64,000 bases of DNA from Candidatus Moraniibacteriota bacterium (GCA_041583775.1 JBFHFF010000007.1:3382-67381), one strand, 5' to 3'. Positions 48,766 to 58,884 are shown, counted from the stretch's first letter. The notes: generated by a model from the sequence alone, not told the origin. Program-made: numbers and translations.

Positions 48766-50028
48766 ATGAGAATTTTGGTTGTTAATAATAATTTTTTCCT
48801 TCGCGGAGGTGCTGAACGGGCGTTTTTTGATATGATAAATATTCTTGAAAAAAAAGGGCATAAGGTTGCACATTTTTCTTCAAAAACAAAAGAAGACCGA
48901 CAATCCCCTTGGGAGAAATATTTTGTTAAATATAACGAACTTAGTGATTCGTCAAAATTTGGAACTTTTGAGAAGATGAAAATTGTTTCTAGAATTTGGT
49001 ATAACTTCGAAACTCGGCGAAAACTAAGAGAATTAATAAAAGAATTTCAACCAGAAGTGGCGCATCTGCACAATATATTTCATCATCTAAGTCCATCGGT
49101 TATTGATGAGCTGAAGAAGCAGGGAGTTCCAATAGTATGGACACTACATGATTATAAAATGGTTAGTCCTAGTTATGACCTAAGTGTTCGTGGAAATATT
49201 TGGGAGGAAAACAAAAAAGGAAGAATGCATAAATGTATCACACATAAATGTGTCTATGATTCATATCTTAAAAGCACTGTTTGTGTGATTGAAAATTTTT
49301 TACATCGATTTTTAAAAACCTTTAACAAAGTTGACCAATTTATTTCACCAAGCAATTTTTTAATAGATAAATATGGAGAATTTGGTTTTAAAGCTCAAAT
49401 AGAAAAAATTGTTAATCCTGTTTTGCCAAGAAAAGTTAATTTTGATTTGGAGCCTTGGAAATTGGGAATTGGTGAGCACAGAGAAGGTTTTATGCTCTAT
49501 GTTGGGAGACTTTCTTTTGGGAAAGGAGTGCAAGATTTAATAGAAGCCTATGCTGGTCTTGATACAAGAACTTCCTTGCTTATTGCTGGTGATGGGCCAG
49601 AAAGAGAAGGGTTGGGATTGCTTGCGAAAAAATTAAATGTTTGTGGAAAGGTTAAATTTTTAGGAAAACTGGAAGATGATAAGCTTTTTCCAATAATGGC
49701 TCGTGCGGATTTTGTTGTTATGCCATCAAGGCTTTATGAGAATGCTCCCTATGGAATTTTAGAGGCAATGTTGTTGGGAAAGCCAGTGATATCTTCTAAT
49801 TTAGGTGGTTCGAGAGAAATTATTAAAAATAGTGGTGCAGGCGATTTATTTGAAGCGGGAGATGTGGATGATTTGAAAGTTAAATTGCAATATGCGGTTG
49901 AAAATAAAGAGTTTTTCAAGGAAAAGGGATCGCAAGGAAGGAAATTCATTGAAGAACATTATAGTGAAGATTTGTTTTATGATAAGTTGATGACGATATA
50001 TAGAGCTTTAATTTCAAAAAAGGCCTAG
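48766..50028 (+). CDS. GT4 (GT-B fold) glycosyltransferase
   Basis: GRLSFGKGVQDLIEA...YENAPYGILEAMLLGKPVISSNLGGSREII. Confidence 0.85.
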   Translation: MRILVVNNNFFLRGGAERAFFDMINILEKKGHKVAHFSSKTKEDRQSPWEKYFVKYNELSDSSKFGTFEKMKIVSRIWYNFETRRKLRELIKEFQPEVAHLHNIFHHLSPSVIDELKKQGVPIVWTLHDYKMVSPSYDLSVRGNIWEENKKGRMHKCITHKCVYDSYLKSTVCVIENFLHRFLKTFNKVDQFISPSNFLIDKYGEFGFKAQIEKIVNPVLPRKVNFDLEPWKLGIGEHREGFMLYVGRLSFGKGVQDLIEAYAGLDTRTSLLIAGDGPEREGLGLLAKKLNVCGKVKFLGKLEDDKLFPIMARADFVVMPSRLYENAPYGILEAMLLGKPVISSNLGGSREIIKNSGAGDLFEAGDVDDLKVKLQYAVENKEFFKEKGSQGRKFIEEHYSEDLFYDKLMTIYRALISKKA

Positions 50029-50093
50029 AGGTTATTTTAGATATAAGGATGGGGGCGAATTGGAACAGGTTAACAAAAAGATAATTAAAAATT

Positions 50094-51275
50094 ATGAAAA
50101 TAGCATTTATTGGACAAAAGGGAATACCAACACATCAAGGAGGAATTGAAAGGCATGTTGAGGAATTAGCTATTCGCTTAGTTTCTCAAGGTTGTGAAGT
50201 GATTGCCTATACAAGACCATATTATGTTGATAAAAATTTAAAAGAATATAAAGGAATTCAGTTGATTAGTTTGCCGACAATTCGCACAAAACATCTTGAT
50301 GCCATTGTCCACACTTTTTTTGCTTGTCTTAATGTTGGAAAACATAAAGTCGACATAATTCATTTCCATTCAATAGGACCATCATTTTGGATTTGGTTGG
50401 CAAAACTTTTAAACCCAAGAACGCCAATTGTTGCGACTTTCCATCTTCAGTGTTATAGGCATAAAAAATGGGGAAAGTTTGCAAAGTTGTCTTTGAAAAT
50501 AGGGGAAATTATTTGTTGTTTGTTGTCAGATAAATTGATTGTTGTTTCTAGAAATCTAAAGAGGATGGTTCATAGGAATTACAAAAGAACCGCAGACTAT
50601 ATTCCTAACGGTGTTCCAAGTTACAAAAGAGTAAAGGCTGACGAGATAAATAAAATAGGACTCAAAAAAGAAGGGTATATCTTGTATGTAGGAAGATTAG
50701 TAGAGAGTAAAGGGGCACACTATTTGATTGAGGCGTATAATCACTTAGAAACTGAGAAGAAACTTGTTATAGTTGGGGATGAGGCACATTCGGATGGATA
50801 TGAAACAAAACTTAAGGAGATGAGCAAAGGAAATTCTAATATTGTTTTCACTGGCAGACTCGAAGGAAATAGTCGGTTGTTGGCAGAGCTTTTTTCTAAT
50901 GCATATCTTTTTGTGCATCCCTCAGAAATCGAAGGCTTGTCAATTTCGCTTTTGGAAACAATGTCATATGCAAGAGCGGCTTTGGTTTCTGATATCCCCG
51001 AGAACATTGAAGCGGTTCAGTCAGCGGGATTTTCATTTAAAAATGGAGACTCAAAAGACCTAGTATTTCAATTGAAGAAATTAATGGAAATGCCGAGCCA
51101 GGTCCACAAAAAAGGATTGGAGGCAAAAAATAGAGCAGAAAATCATTATAGCTGGGAGGCTGTTTCATCAAAAACTTTGGTTGTTTACAGGGAATTGAAG
51201 AATAATAGAGATTGTAGAAAAGAATTTTTTCCTAGACTTAGATATATCAAAAATTTTTTAGGAGGGATGTTTTAG
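50094..51275 (+). CDS. GT4 glycosyltransferase
   Basis: MKIAFIGQKGIP...GGIERHVEEL; EGLSISLLETMSYARAALVSDIPEN. Confidence 0.85.
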   Translation: MKIAFIGQKGIPTHQGGIERHVEELAIRLVSQGCEVIAYTRPYYVDKNLKEYKGIQLISLPTIRTKHLDAIVHTFFACLNVGKHKVDIIHFHSIGPSFWIWLAKLLNPRTPIVATFHLQCYRHKKWGKFAKLSLKIGEIICCLLSDKLIVVSRNLKRMVHRNYKRTADYIPNGVPSYKRVKADEINKIGLKKEGYILYVGRLVESKGAHYLIEAYNHLETEKKLVIVGDEAHSDGYETKLKEMSKGNSNIVFTGRLEGNSRLLAELFSNAYLFVHPSEIEGLSISLLETMSYARAALVSDIPENIEAVQSAGFSFKNGDSKDLVFQLKKLMEMPSQVHKKGLEAKNRAENHYSWEAVSSKTLVVYRELKNNRDCRKEFFPRLRYIKNFLGGMF

Positions 51276-51292
51276 TTTATTGAAGTTAAAAA

Positions 51293-52264
51293 ATGGGATA
51301 TTTTATTAGAAAAATCAAGGAGAGATTTTGGAAGGAGCAATGGAGTATTGCTGTTTTTCGTGGAAAAGCTTCAGATTTGCTTGAAGGTCAAATTAATCAA
51401 AACGACTTACAGTGGTTATTTTCTGATTATAAAAAAGGCTTTTGTGCTGATCCTTTTGTGATAGAGGATGGAAAGTCTGTTTTTTTGTTCTATGAACAAT
51501 TTGAATATGATAAACAGAAAGGAAGAATAATGGTTTCAGAACTTATCGAAGATGAGGATGGGAAAATAACAACCACTGAAAGTGAAGTGGCTATTGAACG
51601 AGATAAGCACATTTCATATCCATTTGTTTTTTCATTTAATGGAGAAATGTTTATGATTCCAGAAACTTCAGCAGAAAACGAAATTGCTCTTTATAAAGCA
51701 ATTGATTTTCCTTTGAAATGGGAAAGGGAAAGAGTGCTTATCCCAAATTTTGCTGGAATAGATGCAACGCTTCATTTTGCAGATGGAAAGTGGTGGATTT
51801 TTTGTTCAAATGCCAAAAGTGGCGCAAATGAGAATTTATATATTTTCTATGCAGAAGATCTTTTTGGTATTTGGCAGGAACATAAAAAAAATCCTGTTAA
51901 AATAGATATTGAAGATTCTCGTATGGCAGGTTCCTTTCTCTTGTGGAAGGGAAAGACTATTAGGGTTGCGCAAAATTGCAAAAGAACATATGGAGAGGAA
52001 GTTGTTTTGAATGAATTGGAAATTCTTTCAATTGAAGATTTCAAGGAAAAAGAGCTTTATGCGCTTAGTTTAAGTAATAAATCAGAGTATTCTGAGGGAA
52101 TGCACACGATTTCTGCAAGTGAGCATTTTGTTGCAATTGATGCAAAAAGATTTTTGGGAATTAGGAAATATTTAGATAAATGGAATTCTAAAAGGAAAGT
52201 CTGTCTTGTTAAAGTAGGGAAGGTGTTCCAAAAAAAGAGTCTACTTGGTATAATAAAAAAATGA
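51293..52264 (+). CDS. predicted beta-propeller protein (GH43/GH130-like fold), polysaccharide-modifying, function uncertain
   Basis: Repeated blade-like segments (CADPFVIEDGKSVFLFYE, HISYPFVFSFNGEMFMIPE, ATLHFADGKWWIFCS, GSFLLWKGKTIRVAQN). Confidence 0.35.
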   Translation: MGYFIRKIKERFWKEQWSIAVFRGKASDLLEGQINQNDLQWLFSDYKKGFCADPFVIEDGKSVFLFYEQFEYDKQKGRIMVSELIEDEDGKITTTESEVAIERDKHISYPFVFSFNGEMFMIPETSAENEIALYKAIDFPLKWERERVLIPNFAGIDATLHFADGKWWIFCSNAKSGANENLYIFYAEDLFGIWQEHKKNPVKIDIEDSRMAGSFLLWKGKTIRVAQNCKRTYGEEVVLNELEILSIEDFKEKELYALSLSNKSEYSEGMHTISASEHFVAIDAKRFLGIRKYLDKWNSKRKVCLVKVGKVFQKKSLLGIIKK

Positions 52265-52294
52265 AGAAAAAGGAAATAAAGAAAACATTTAACA

Positions 52295-52942
52295 ATGACT
52301 AGAAAGAAAAAACAAAATAAAAAAGTGGCAGTCGGGATTGCAGAAAAATTTCTATCTTTAATGGAAAAACAAAAACGCAAATTTCTTTATCTTTTTGCTG
52401 TAGTAATAATCGCCAATGTTGTTTTTTTAGTTGTTTTTAAAGGGGTAGATTCAATTTGTGGCTTGATATCAGCAAGTGAAATTTATATCGAAAGTAAGAT
52501 TAGAAATGAAAATGTGGATCATTTTGTAGAGGTTCGTAAAGTGATTTCTAATGTCGAGAAGAATCTTGATTACATTGAAATTGAACTTGGTTGGCCGACA
52601 GACGATGTTTGGTTGGATGGTGAAAAGAGGTTGGATTTATTGGCTTCATTAAGAAGATTAGATGAACTCTCTTATGAACTCGAATGGGTTGCAAATGGAT
52701 ATTTCACTGACTATTCCATTCAATATTATCCAATTGAGACAGGAAATTTGTCGAGCTATATTTACGAAACGAGATATTTGAAAAAATCAATTGATAGATT
52801 TGTGCGTGTGGCTGAAATTGCTATCGCACTAGATTCTTTTGATAAAAGACAAATTGAAGTTGTTCAAGTTGAATTGGATGAAATTGGAGAATATTTGAAG
52901 AATATTGATCAATTTGAACAAAGATTGCGTTTATTTAATTAG
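52295..52942 (+). CDS. hypothetical protein with N-terminal TM anchor
   Basis: FLYLFAVVIIANVVFLVVF; no recognisable motif. Confidence 0.5.
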   Translation: MTRKKKQNKKVAVGIAEKFLSLMEKQKRKFLYLFAVVIIANVVFLVVFKGVDSICGLISASEIYIESKIRNENVDHFVEVRKVISNVEKNLDYIEIELGWPTDDVWLDGEKRLDLLASLRRLDELSYELEWVANGYFTDYSIQYYPIETGNLSSYIYETRYLKKSIDRFVRVAEIAIALDSFDKRQIEVVQVELDEIGEYLKNIDQFEQRLRLFN

Positions 52943-52986
52943 GGCGCTGAAATTCTGACATTAAAAAATTTAAAAAAATAAAAAAA

Positions 52987-54171
52987 GTGATAAAGATAGG
53001 AATTAATGCGTCATTCATTCGCAAACAGGATTCGGGAATTGGACAAGTAAGTATGAATTTTATAAAGACACTTGTAAATGAGATTCAGAAAAATCCCGAT
53101 GTTTTTGGTGACATTGTCTTTGTTTTGTATCTAGAGAAGGATGTGGAAATGGAGCTACCTGATAATTTTGAGAAGTCAGTGATAAAGTCTTTTTACAAAA
53201 GGGATGATTTAGTGAGGAAAATTATTTGGGAGAAAATTTTACTTCCACGACAAATTGAGAAAGACAGTTGTGATGTGTTTTTGTCTCTTTATCAGTCCCC
53301 AACTGTATTAAAAAATACAAAACATATAATGCTTGTGCACGATGCAGTCTGGAAGAAATTTCCTCAGTACCTGAATAATTTTCGCAAGAAAATTTATTAT
53401 TATCTAATCGGAAGGGGAATTGCAAAGGCTGATAAGGTTATTACGGTTTCGGAAAATTCCAAAAAAGATATCAAGAGATTTTTTGATAAAATAGACGAAG
53501 AAATTAGAGTTATTTCAATTGATTGCGATCAGATTTTTAAAGAAAAGCTTTCTGATGACAAGAAAGCGGAAGTGTTAGCGAAATTTAGATTGGAAGAGGA
53601 GGGATATATTTTTTATGTTGGGGGTTTTGATGTTAGAAAAAATGTTGATGCACTTTTGCGTGCTTATGGTGTTTTATATACTAGGCAGAGTAAAAAAATA
53701 GAAATGCCGCGTTTGATTTTGGCAGGATCATTTCATTCAAATCTAGTTCCATTAGTTACTGACATTCCAAATATTGCAGAGAGTGTTATGCAAAAAAATG
53801 GGATACCAAGAGGTTATATTGAATCAATTGGTTTTGTTTCACAAGAGGATTTGCCGTTTGTTTTTGCAGGTGCAAAAATGTTTTGCTACCCATCTTTATA
53901 TGAAGGATTTGGCTTGCCAGTTTTAGAGGCAATGAATGTTGGTTGTCCAGTTGTGACATCAAACATTTCTTCTATTCCTGAAATCTTAAACGAAACAGAG
54001 GCTGTTCTGGTTGATCCTAAAAATGATGAAAAGATTGCAGAAGGAATGTTGAATTATCTTATTGATGATGATTTGCGGGAGGAAAAAATTCGTAACGCAA
54101 AAAAGAAATCAATCGAGTTTAGTTGGGAAAAAACTACAAATGAAATAATGAATTTATTAACAAAAATCTAA
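52987..54171 (+). CDS. GT4 glycosyltransferase
   Basis: FYVGGFDVRKNVDALLRAY...EGFGLPVLEAMNVGCPVVTSNISSIPE. Confidence 0.85.
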   Translation: MIKIGINASFIRKQDSGIGQVSMNFIKTLVNEIQKNPDVFGDIVFVLYLEKDVEMELPDNFEKSVIKSFYKRDDLVRKIIWEKILLPRQIEKDSCDVFLSLYQSPTVLKNTKHIMLVHDAVWKKFPQYLNNFRKKIYYYLIGRGIAKADKVITVSENSKKDIKRFFDKIDEEIRVISIDCDQIFKEKLSDDKKAEVLAKFRLEEEGYIFYVGGFDVRKNVDALLRAYGVLYTRQSKKIEMPRLILAGSFHSNLVPLVTDIPNIAESVMQKNGIPRGYIESIGFVSQEDLPFVFAGAKMFCYPSLYEGFGLPVLEAMNVGCPVVTSNISSIPEILNETEAVLVDPKNDEKIAEGMLNYLIDDDLREEKIRNAKKKSIEFSWEKTTNEIMNLLTKI

Positions 54172-54172
54172 A

Positions 54173-55816
54173 ATGAATTTCAAACAATATTTAGGAACTC
54201 TTCTTGTTGGTTTTGCAATTAGCATTTTTTTGATCATATGGAGCACTTTTTTGGAAGGGGAGATGCATTTTTTATTTTTTTTGGTTTTAATTATAGCAAC
54301 TTTCCGTTGGTGCTTTAGGTTTCCAAAGAGAGCTTTTTTGGTTTTTGTGATGTTACTTCCACTTGAAAACATCATAATCACCCCGTCAGAGTTAGGTTTA
54401 AATCTAAGGCCTTTTCAATTTCTTGGTGCAATTCTTGCGATTACCATTCTGGTGCTTGGCTATAAAAAAAAACCAATACTGAAACTTCTCAGTTTTAGCA
54501 ACATCTGTTTCTTTTGTAAGATTTTCAAAGCGAAAAATTGTAAATTAATTTCTAAAAAAGAAGCATTCAGCCCTCTTGATCGAATGGTTTTTGTTCTTCC
54601 AGTATTTGCTTTTTTGGCAATTTTAAATTCACCACTCAAAGAAGTTTCTACCAAGTTAGCAGTAATTTTTGTTTCATTTATAGTTTTGTATTGGCTTATC
54701 AGAAACTTTACTCAAACCAAACATTCGATAATTGAAGCACTCACTTTTTTTGTTTTTGGTTCAATTCCTGTGATTTTTTGGAGTTTTTATCAAGCATTGG
54801 CGAGACTTGTTGGTTGGCAAGATTTTCAAGTTTTTACAGCAAGAGTGAATGGGACTTTCACGGAACCTGATTGGTTGGGCGTTTATTTAACGCTTATGAT
54901 GGCAGTGTTGCTCTGGTTTCGTCATCTAGCAAAACCAGATACTAGCAATCTAATGATTGGTTCTTTTGGTGTGTCAAGAATTTTTGGATTTTTTATTAAT
55001 CTTTATTTTATCATTGCTTTTTCGGTATTAATTCTTACAGTTTCCAGGAGTGCTTGGTTGGGTGTTTTGGGTGTTTGTTTGGTTTATTTTGGTATTTTAT
55101 TTATGGATAAAGTTTTTCACAAAACAATTTCATTGGTACAGATTTTGAAAAATGCTTTAGTAATTGGATTTTTGGCTACATTCGCAGTTGCTATAATTAT
55201 TTTTACCAACCTTTCCACTTTTCATTTTGGAAATCGTGCAGTAAGTTCGGTTAGCGGAAAGCAATTAATTACAATTAGTTGCGAGAAGAATAATGAATTG
55301 CCAGACGAGATTAACGATATGGAGGAGTTGGAGATTTTTGGGTGTCGTCATATCGGATTGGAAGAAGTCGAGAGAGAAAAAATGAACAAAATGTTCGTGA
55401 CAACAATTATGCGACCAGATCCAAATGTCGATATTAGAAAAGATATTTACACAAAAACATCTCAGCAAATTAAAAATCATCCTTTTTTGGGGCAAGGACT
55501 GGGTAGTGCTGTTTCATTTTTGGGTCAAGATGATCACGGGAGTGGCTTGAATACTTCAAATATTGTTTTGGAAATTTTTCTTTCTATGGGGTTTATTGCA
55601 GCTGTTATTTCCGTTTATGTTATCGGATTTTTGATGGTTTGGTCGTTTGATAGGATATTTAAAAATAAGGAACATATGTTTTCTTCTTTTATTTTGCTTT
55701 CTAGTGTTGCCATCATTATTCCGAATATGTTTAATTCAGGACTTCTTTTGGGGATGTTTTGGTTTTGGTTGGCTATTGTTATTTCGATTTATAATGTAGC
55801 TACGGCTAAGGAATAA
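54173..55816 (+). CDS. second O-antigen ligase/polymerase-like (Wzy family) membrane protein
   Basis: Multi-TM; VSRSAWLGVLGVCLVYFG Wzy_C-like segment. Confidence 0.65.
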   Translation: MNFKQYLGTLLVGFAISIFLIIWSTFLEGEMHFLFFLVLIIATFRWCFRFPKRAFLVFVMLLPLENIIITPSELGLNLRPFQFLGAILAITILVLGYKKKPILKLLSFSNICFFCKIFKAKNCKLISKKEAFSPLDRMVFVLPVFAFLAILNSPLKEVSTKLAVIFVSFIVLYWLIRNFTQTKHSIIEALTFFVFGSIPVIFWSFYQALARLVGWQDFQVFTARVNGTFTEPDWLGVYLTLMMAVLLWFRHLAKPDTSNLMIGSFGVSRIFGFFINLYFIIAFSVLILTVSRSAWLGVLGVCLVYFGILFMDKVFHKTISLVQILKNALVIGFLATFAVAIIIFTNLSTFHFGNRAVSSVSGKQLITISCEKNNELPDEINDMEELEIFGCRHIGLEEVEREKMNKMFVTTIMRPDPNVDIRKDIYTKTSQQIKNHPFLGQGLGSAVSFLGQDDHGSGLNTSNIVLEIFLSMGFIAAVISVYVIGFLMVWSFDRIFKNKEHMFSSFILLSSVAIIIPNMFNSGLLLGMFWFWLAIVISIYNVATAKE

Positions 55817-55930
55817 TAATTAGGCATTAATAATTCTTGACTAAGATAAAAGTCTTGCTTTTCTTAAGTAATCGTGTATACTTTATTTTGTTATGATATA
55901 AAGTTGTTTTAGGAATTAAATAGACATTAT

Positions 55931-56004
55931 GGGGGCGTAGCTCAGCTGGTTAGAGCGATTGCCTGTCACGCAATAGGTCGCCGGTTCGAGTCCGGTCGTC
56001 CCCG
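55931..56004 (+). tRNA. tRNA-Asp (anticodon GUC)
   Basis: Hand-folded: acceptor GGGGGCG/CGTCCCC (one G-U), anticodon stem ATTGC/GCAAT, loop CTGTCAC, T-loop TTCGAGT. Confidence 0.85.
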
Positions 56005-57528
56005 CATACAGAAAACAGCACTCTTTGGAGATGCTTTTTTTGTTTTAGTTATGCCAAAAAAAGAAGGTTCGAAGGTTCGATTTATGGTGCTAAATCCTTG
56101 CATGTCTTCGTGAAGCCAATTGAAGGGTTCGGAGAGTACAAAACTAGTGATTTTTTGATTCTCTATGGTGACATTCGAGGATAGAATAGAGATGATCTCT
56201 TTTTTAATCTTTGGGGTTCCATTTTCGAAAATATCACGAGCAGATTTAACAAATTCTGCTATGAGCTCAATCTTTCCAACAATGTCCTTTTTGTGTGTTT
56301 TTACGTTTTGTAATTTCTCTTCGATTTCCGCTTCTTCACTTCGAAGCTCTGAAAGCCTGCGATTGTAGATTTCAGTTGGGATATAATTATCAATAAACTT
56401 TTCAACCAAGGAGTCTTGCTTTTGATTATTCTGTTTTAAGATTTCCGCAAGCTTTGTTTCTGATTCTTTTCTGTATTTCTGTTGTATAAGCCACTTTTCC
56501 TTTGTTGCAGAAACAATCAAATCCAAAACTTCTGCATCAAAATTGATATTTTGCAAAACGTCTCCAAAGGATAAAATCAATTCTTTCTCCCTTAGATATT
56601 TTTGGGAACAATTCTTTGCTCCTCGTGATTTTGTGCAATGATAATAAACATGACCTTTTTGTTTTTCCGCTGTAATTTTTAATCCACATTCTCCGCAAGT
56701 CATCAGCCCTCTGAAGACAAAGTTTTTTGATTCTTTTACGCTATGAAGATATTTGAAAGGGAAGAGTAGTTTTTGAACTTTCTCGAATTTACTTTTTGTA
56801 ATAATAGGCAAATGACTGCCTTTGTGAATTTGTTCTTTCCAACGGAATAGACCGCAATAAATCGGATTGTTTAGCATACCTTGAATCACTGTTTTTCCAA
56901 TCCTTTTATTTTTATTTGAGCGGAGTCCGTCGTTGTATAATTCATCAGCCAATTCTCTTATTGAAAATTTCTTTGAGCTATACAACTCAAAGGCTTTTTT
57001 GATATAAAAGCTCTTACTTTTATCAAGCTCTAATTTCTTGGTTTTTAGATTTCTGATGTATCCGATGGGAGCACAGCCAGGGTATTCGCCCCGGCGAATC
57101 TTTTCAGCCAAACCTCGTTTTACATTCTTGCTTAAATCTCGAATGTATTGATTCGCCATTCCAAACTCTATGCTTGCAATAACAACATTATCCTCGGGAT
57201 TATAATCCCGTTCAAAAGTTTTAATTCTGCCAATGATTTCTTTTTGAAGTAGCCACTTGATCAATCCTTCATCAACTGGGTTACGAGCCAGCCGATCAAT
57301 TTTCCAACACAAGACACCAACCTTTTTATTTTGCTTGATAAATTCAATCATCTCATTAAACACTGGCCTCCCAGGTTCTTTAGCTGATTTTGACTCTTGG
57401 AAAAGCTTGACCACATTTAACTTTTCCCGCTTAGCAATTTCTTTCATCTCAATGATTTGAGACTGGATTGAAAGAGCTTGGCGGTCTTCACTTTCTGTTG
57501 ATTTTCTCACATAGATTACATAGTCCAT
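55966..57528 (-). CDS. large serine recombinase/integrase; C-terminal about 12 aa are antisense read-through of the tRNA-Asp 3' end, so the true stop is uncertain
   Basis: N-terminal resolvase domain YVIYVRKSTESEDRQ (catalytic Ser), recombinase domain, Zn-ribbon CGECG...YYHC, coiled-coil. Confidence 0.85.
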   Translation of the reverse strand: MDYVIYVRKSTESEDRQALSIQSQIIEMKEIAKREKLNVVKLFQESKSAKEPGRPVFNEMIEFIKQNKKVGVLCWKIDRLARNPVDEGLIKWLLQKEIIGRIKTFERDYNPEDNVVIASIEFGMANQYIRDLSKNVKRGLAEKIRRGEYPGCAPIGYIRNLKTKKLELDKSKSFYIKKAFELYSSKKFSIRELADELYNDGLRSNKNKRIGKTVIQGMLNNPIYCGLFRWKEQIHKGSHLPIITKSKFEKVQKLLFPFKYLHSVKESKNFVFRGLMTCGECGLKITAEKQKGHVYYHCTKSRGAKNCSQKYLREKELILSFGDVLQNINFDAEVLDLIVSATKEKWLIQQKYRKESETKLAEILKQNNQKQDSLVEKFIDNYIPTEIYNRRLSELRSEEAEIEEKLQNVKTHKKDIVGKIELIAEFVKSARDIFENGTPKIKKEIISILSSNVTIENQKITSFVLSEPFNWLHEDMQGFSTINRTFEPSFFGITKTKKASPKSAVFCMRGRPDSNRRPIA

Positions 57529-57534
57529 TTTGTT

Positions 57535-57660
57535 TTATTTCTTATGTTTGAGATATTCAAAAAACTCATGAAAAAAAATTAAGATGACCAAACCAAAGAG
57601 CATTATAAGAAGATGAGGTTCGGCTGGGGTAGCATCGCTATAATATTCAAAATAGTCCAT
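57535..57660 (-). CDS. 41-aa hydrophobic small ORF directly upstream of the recombinase, speculative
   Basis: MDYFEYYSDATPAEPHLLIMLFGLVILIFFHEFFEYLKHKK. Confidence 0.2.
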   Translation of the reverse strand: MDYFEYYSDATPAEPHLLIMLFGLVILIFFHEFFEYLKHKK

Positions 57661-57849
57661 TTAGGCATCTTATTTTTTTAATAGCAAGGTTTTTGGATAA
57701 CAAAAGGACGACCCTGCTTGGACACAATCTCCAGTAAGAAAATTGTAGCAAAGATCGTCCTTACGATCTCCTACTGGTTTATAGATTGTGTCCATCTCAA
57801 CTTTAACATATTTTTTGTAATTTTTAAAGGAATTTAACCCACTCCACTT

Positions 57850-58730
57850 CGCTACAACAAATTGCTCGTCTTTGAATTTTTAAATTCATAAAAATTCACT
57901 TCCAACGCAACTTTGTTTCCGCTTCGTTCCGTTCGTACATTGCTTGTTTCAGGCTGTTCAAAATGGTAAGCGTCCGGAGGGCACGCTATCCTCGAGCACT
58001 CCTCGAGACTTTGTTTTTCGTTCCTGTGCCACTCCGAAAAACAAGACTTCTCCGAGATGCTCTGCGTCGCTTTGGCATTGTTAGAAATTAACAATGCGCA
58101 TTGATTGTCACTGCATAAGCGCCAGCCTTCGGCATCCCCACCCGCCAGTATTTTATTGTTTGCCTGCTTGTTAAGGTTTCAGGTAGATTAGGGCAAAAGA
58201 CGTAAAGGGATTCTCTCCATTCCACTCAACTCACAAAATCAAAATTCAGAAAAATCCAAAATGGATGAAAAATGAAAAAGTTTTTTCGCTGTGCTTCAAA
58301 ACACTTTCATTTTTCCACAAAGGTCTTTTTTTTGTTTGGATTTTTTTCTGAATTTCGCTTTTGTTCGTTCAGTTCCATTCCGTTCACCCTCGCACAACAG
58401 AAATTTTGCGACATTCCAATTTTTCCTTCCTTCGCTTTCTGGCTTTTTTCTCGTGGGGACCCCCGCCCCTCTCCAAAAAATCTGAAATCGAAGAGGAAAA
58501 ATGGAACATCGCAAGAATTTGTGTTGTGCGACATCTTTTGCGTGCGTTGATTATGCGTTGTCCCCCCAAACCTGCTAGCCAAGGGCAACAAGCTCCGCGT
58601 CTGTAAACAATTTCCCGTTTGATGTGGCATTGCTTCCTTGGAACTGCCAGCTACCACAAACGGACGGCGGAAAACCTTATCCCTTGGAAAGCGCGCTGAA
58701 TAATTGTAATCGAAATTATTCAGCGTATGC
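57850..58730. other. GC-rich non-coding block; candidate large structured RNA or decayed foreign DNA
   Basis: Roughly 50% GC by eye versus about one-third in flanks; only short mutually overlapping ORFs in all six frames; perfect palindromes CAATGCGCATTG (58092-58103) and CGCTGAATAATT-N8-AATTATTCAGCG (58694-58725). Confidence 0.35.
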
Positions 58731-58884
58731 TTCGCTTAATCAACTTATATTTCTGAAAAGAACTGAAGAATAATATTACCCGATCGAATTCTGAAGCTAG
58801 GGTAGCATGGAAGCTGTTTCGAAGTTTGTTGGTTTCGACTGTTCCGCAATTTTAGAATTCTAAAAAGTGTTCTTTGAAAAAACA

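Noticed and set aside
55966-56004. C-terminal ...MRGRPDSNRRPIA of the recombinase ORF
   Set aside because: These codons are the antisense of the tRNA-Asp T-arm and acceptor. The ORF simply lacks a stop here, so the true C-terminus cannot be set from sequence alone.
58272-58657. Six overlapping 60-116-aa ORFs on both strands in the GC-rich block (58272..58550 +, 58307..58657 -, 58361..58606 + and others)
   Set aside because: They mutually overlap in all frames and give compositionally biased translations. No RBS or homology is recognisable. Treated as non-coding.
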